Shown: piece by piece, positions 63,721-64,000 of the stretch | Position numbering within the stretch: the stretch's first letter is position 1 | How the letters are laid out: each line of letters starts with the position of its first letter | Source: Octopus bimaculoides | Taxonomy: Eukaryota | Reading direction: 5' to 3' | DNA: 64,000 nucleotides | Assembly (NCBI RefSeq): GCF_001194135.2 | Contig: NC_069002.1 | Location: 16,448,978 to 16,512,977, forward strand | Position numbers and translations under genes: made by a program | The notes under the pieces: model-generated | Databases searched by the model: none | Told to the model about the DNA's origin: nothing | What the model saw: only the letters and a program-made list of their open reading frames with translations

Positions 63721-64000
63721 ATTACATTGCCTCAATTTAATATCATTCTGAAACGAGGGCATGCATGCATGCATGCATACAAGGGAGGAGTATTGGCAGA
63801 ATGTCCCAGTGAAGATCTCAATAAAATGTAAAGATAAGCCTGACAGAGTGATTTGGGACAGAGAAGAAACTATGTACAGTCGTAGAAATGAGCTTCCCAG
63901 CAGATGTGAACATAGCGCTAAAGATCAGTGAAAAAGAAAATACCTACGCTGAACTATTGAGAAATCTACAGTTACTCTATCTAGATTACAAGTTCAGGTT

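Overview
AT-rich, microsatellite- and SINE-dense animal genomic DNA with many N gaps. The SINE repertoire and repeat style suggest an octopus; that is my inference and was not searched. The only gene I can support is ALDH18A1 (P5CS, delta-1-pyrroline-5-carboxylate synthase) on the + strand. It has 14 coding exons from 23316 to 58175, all GT-AG with matching phases, giving 2361 nt including the stop (786 aa). The first coding exon has an acceptor 8 nt before the ATG, so an upstream non-coding exon exists that I could not place. The rest is decayed transposons (Tc1/mariner, RTE/RTEX-like, CR1/L2-like, Penelope-like), tRNA-derived and RTE-tailed SINEs, and simple repeats. Three unexplained signals stand out. 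(1) Six type I hammerhead ribozyme motifs (some degenerate) lie in small non-coding elements: fold-back elements with a short unpaired tail and target-site duplications, and a related 360-nt terminally redundant unit. These look like a Penelope-mobilised, retrozyme-like system. (2) Two minisatellites are built from splice signals: about 27 branch point/acceptor units before coding exon 10 and 23 extra GTAAGT donors after coding exon 11, bracketing an in-frame 318-nt exon pair. (3) A CpG-rich island with NRF1-, ETS-, YY1- and E2F-like motifs sits inside intron 12. All coordinates and counts were read by eye.
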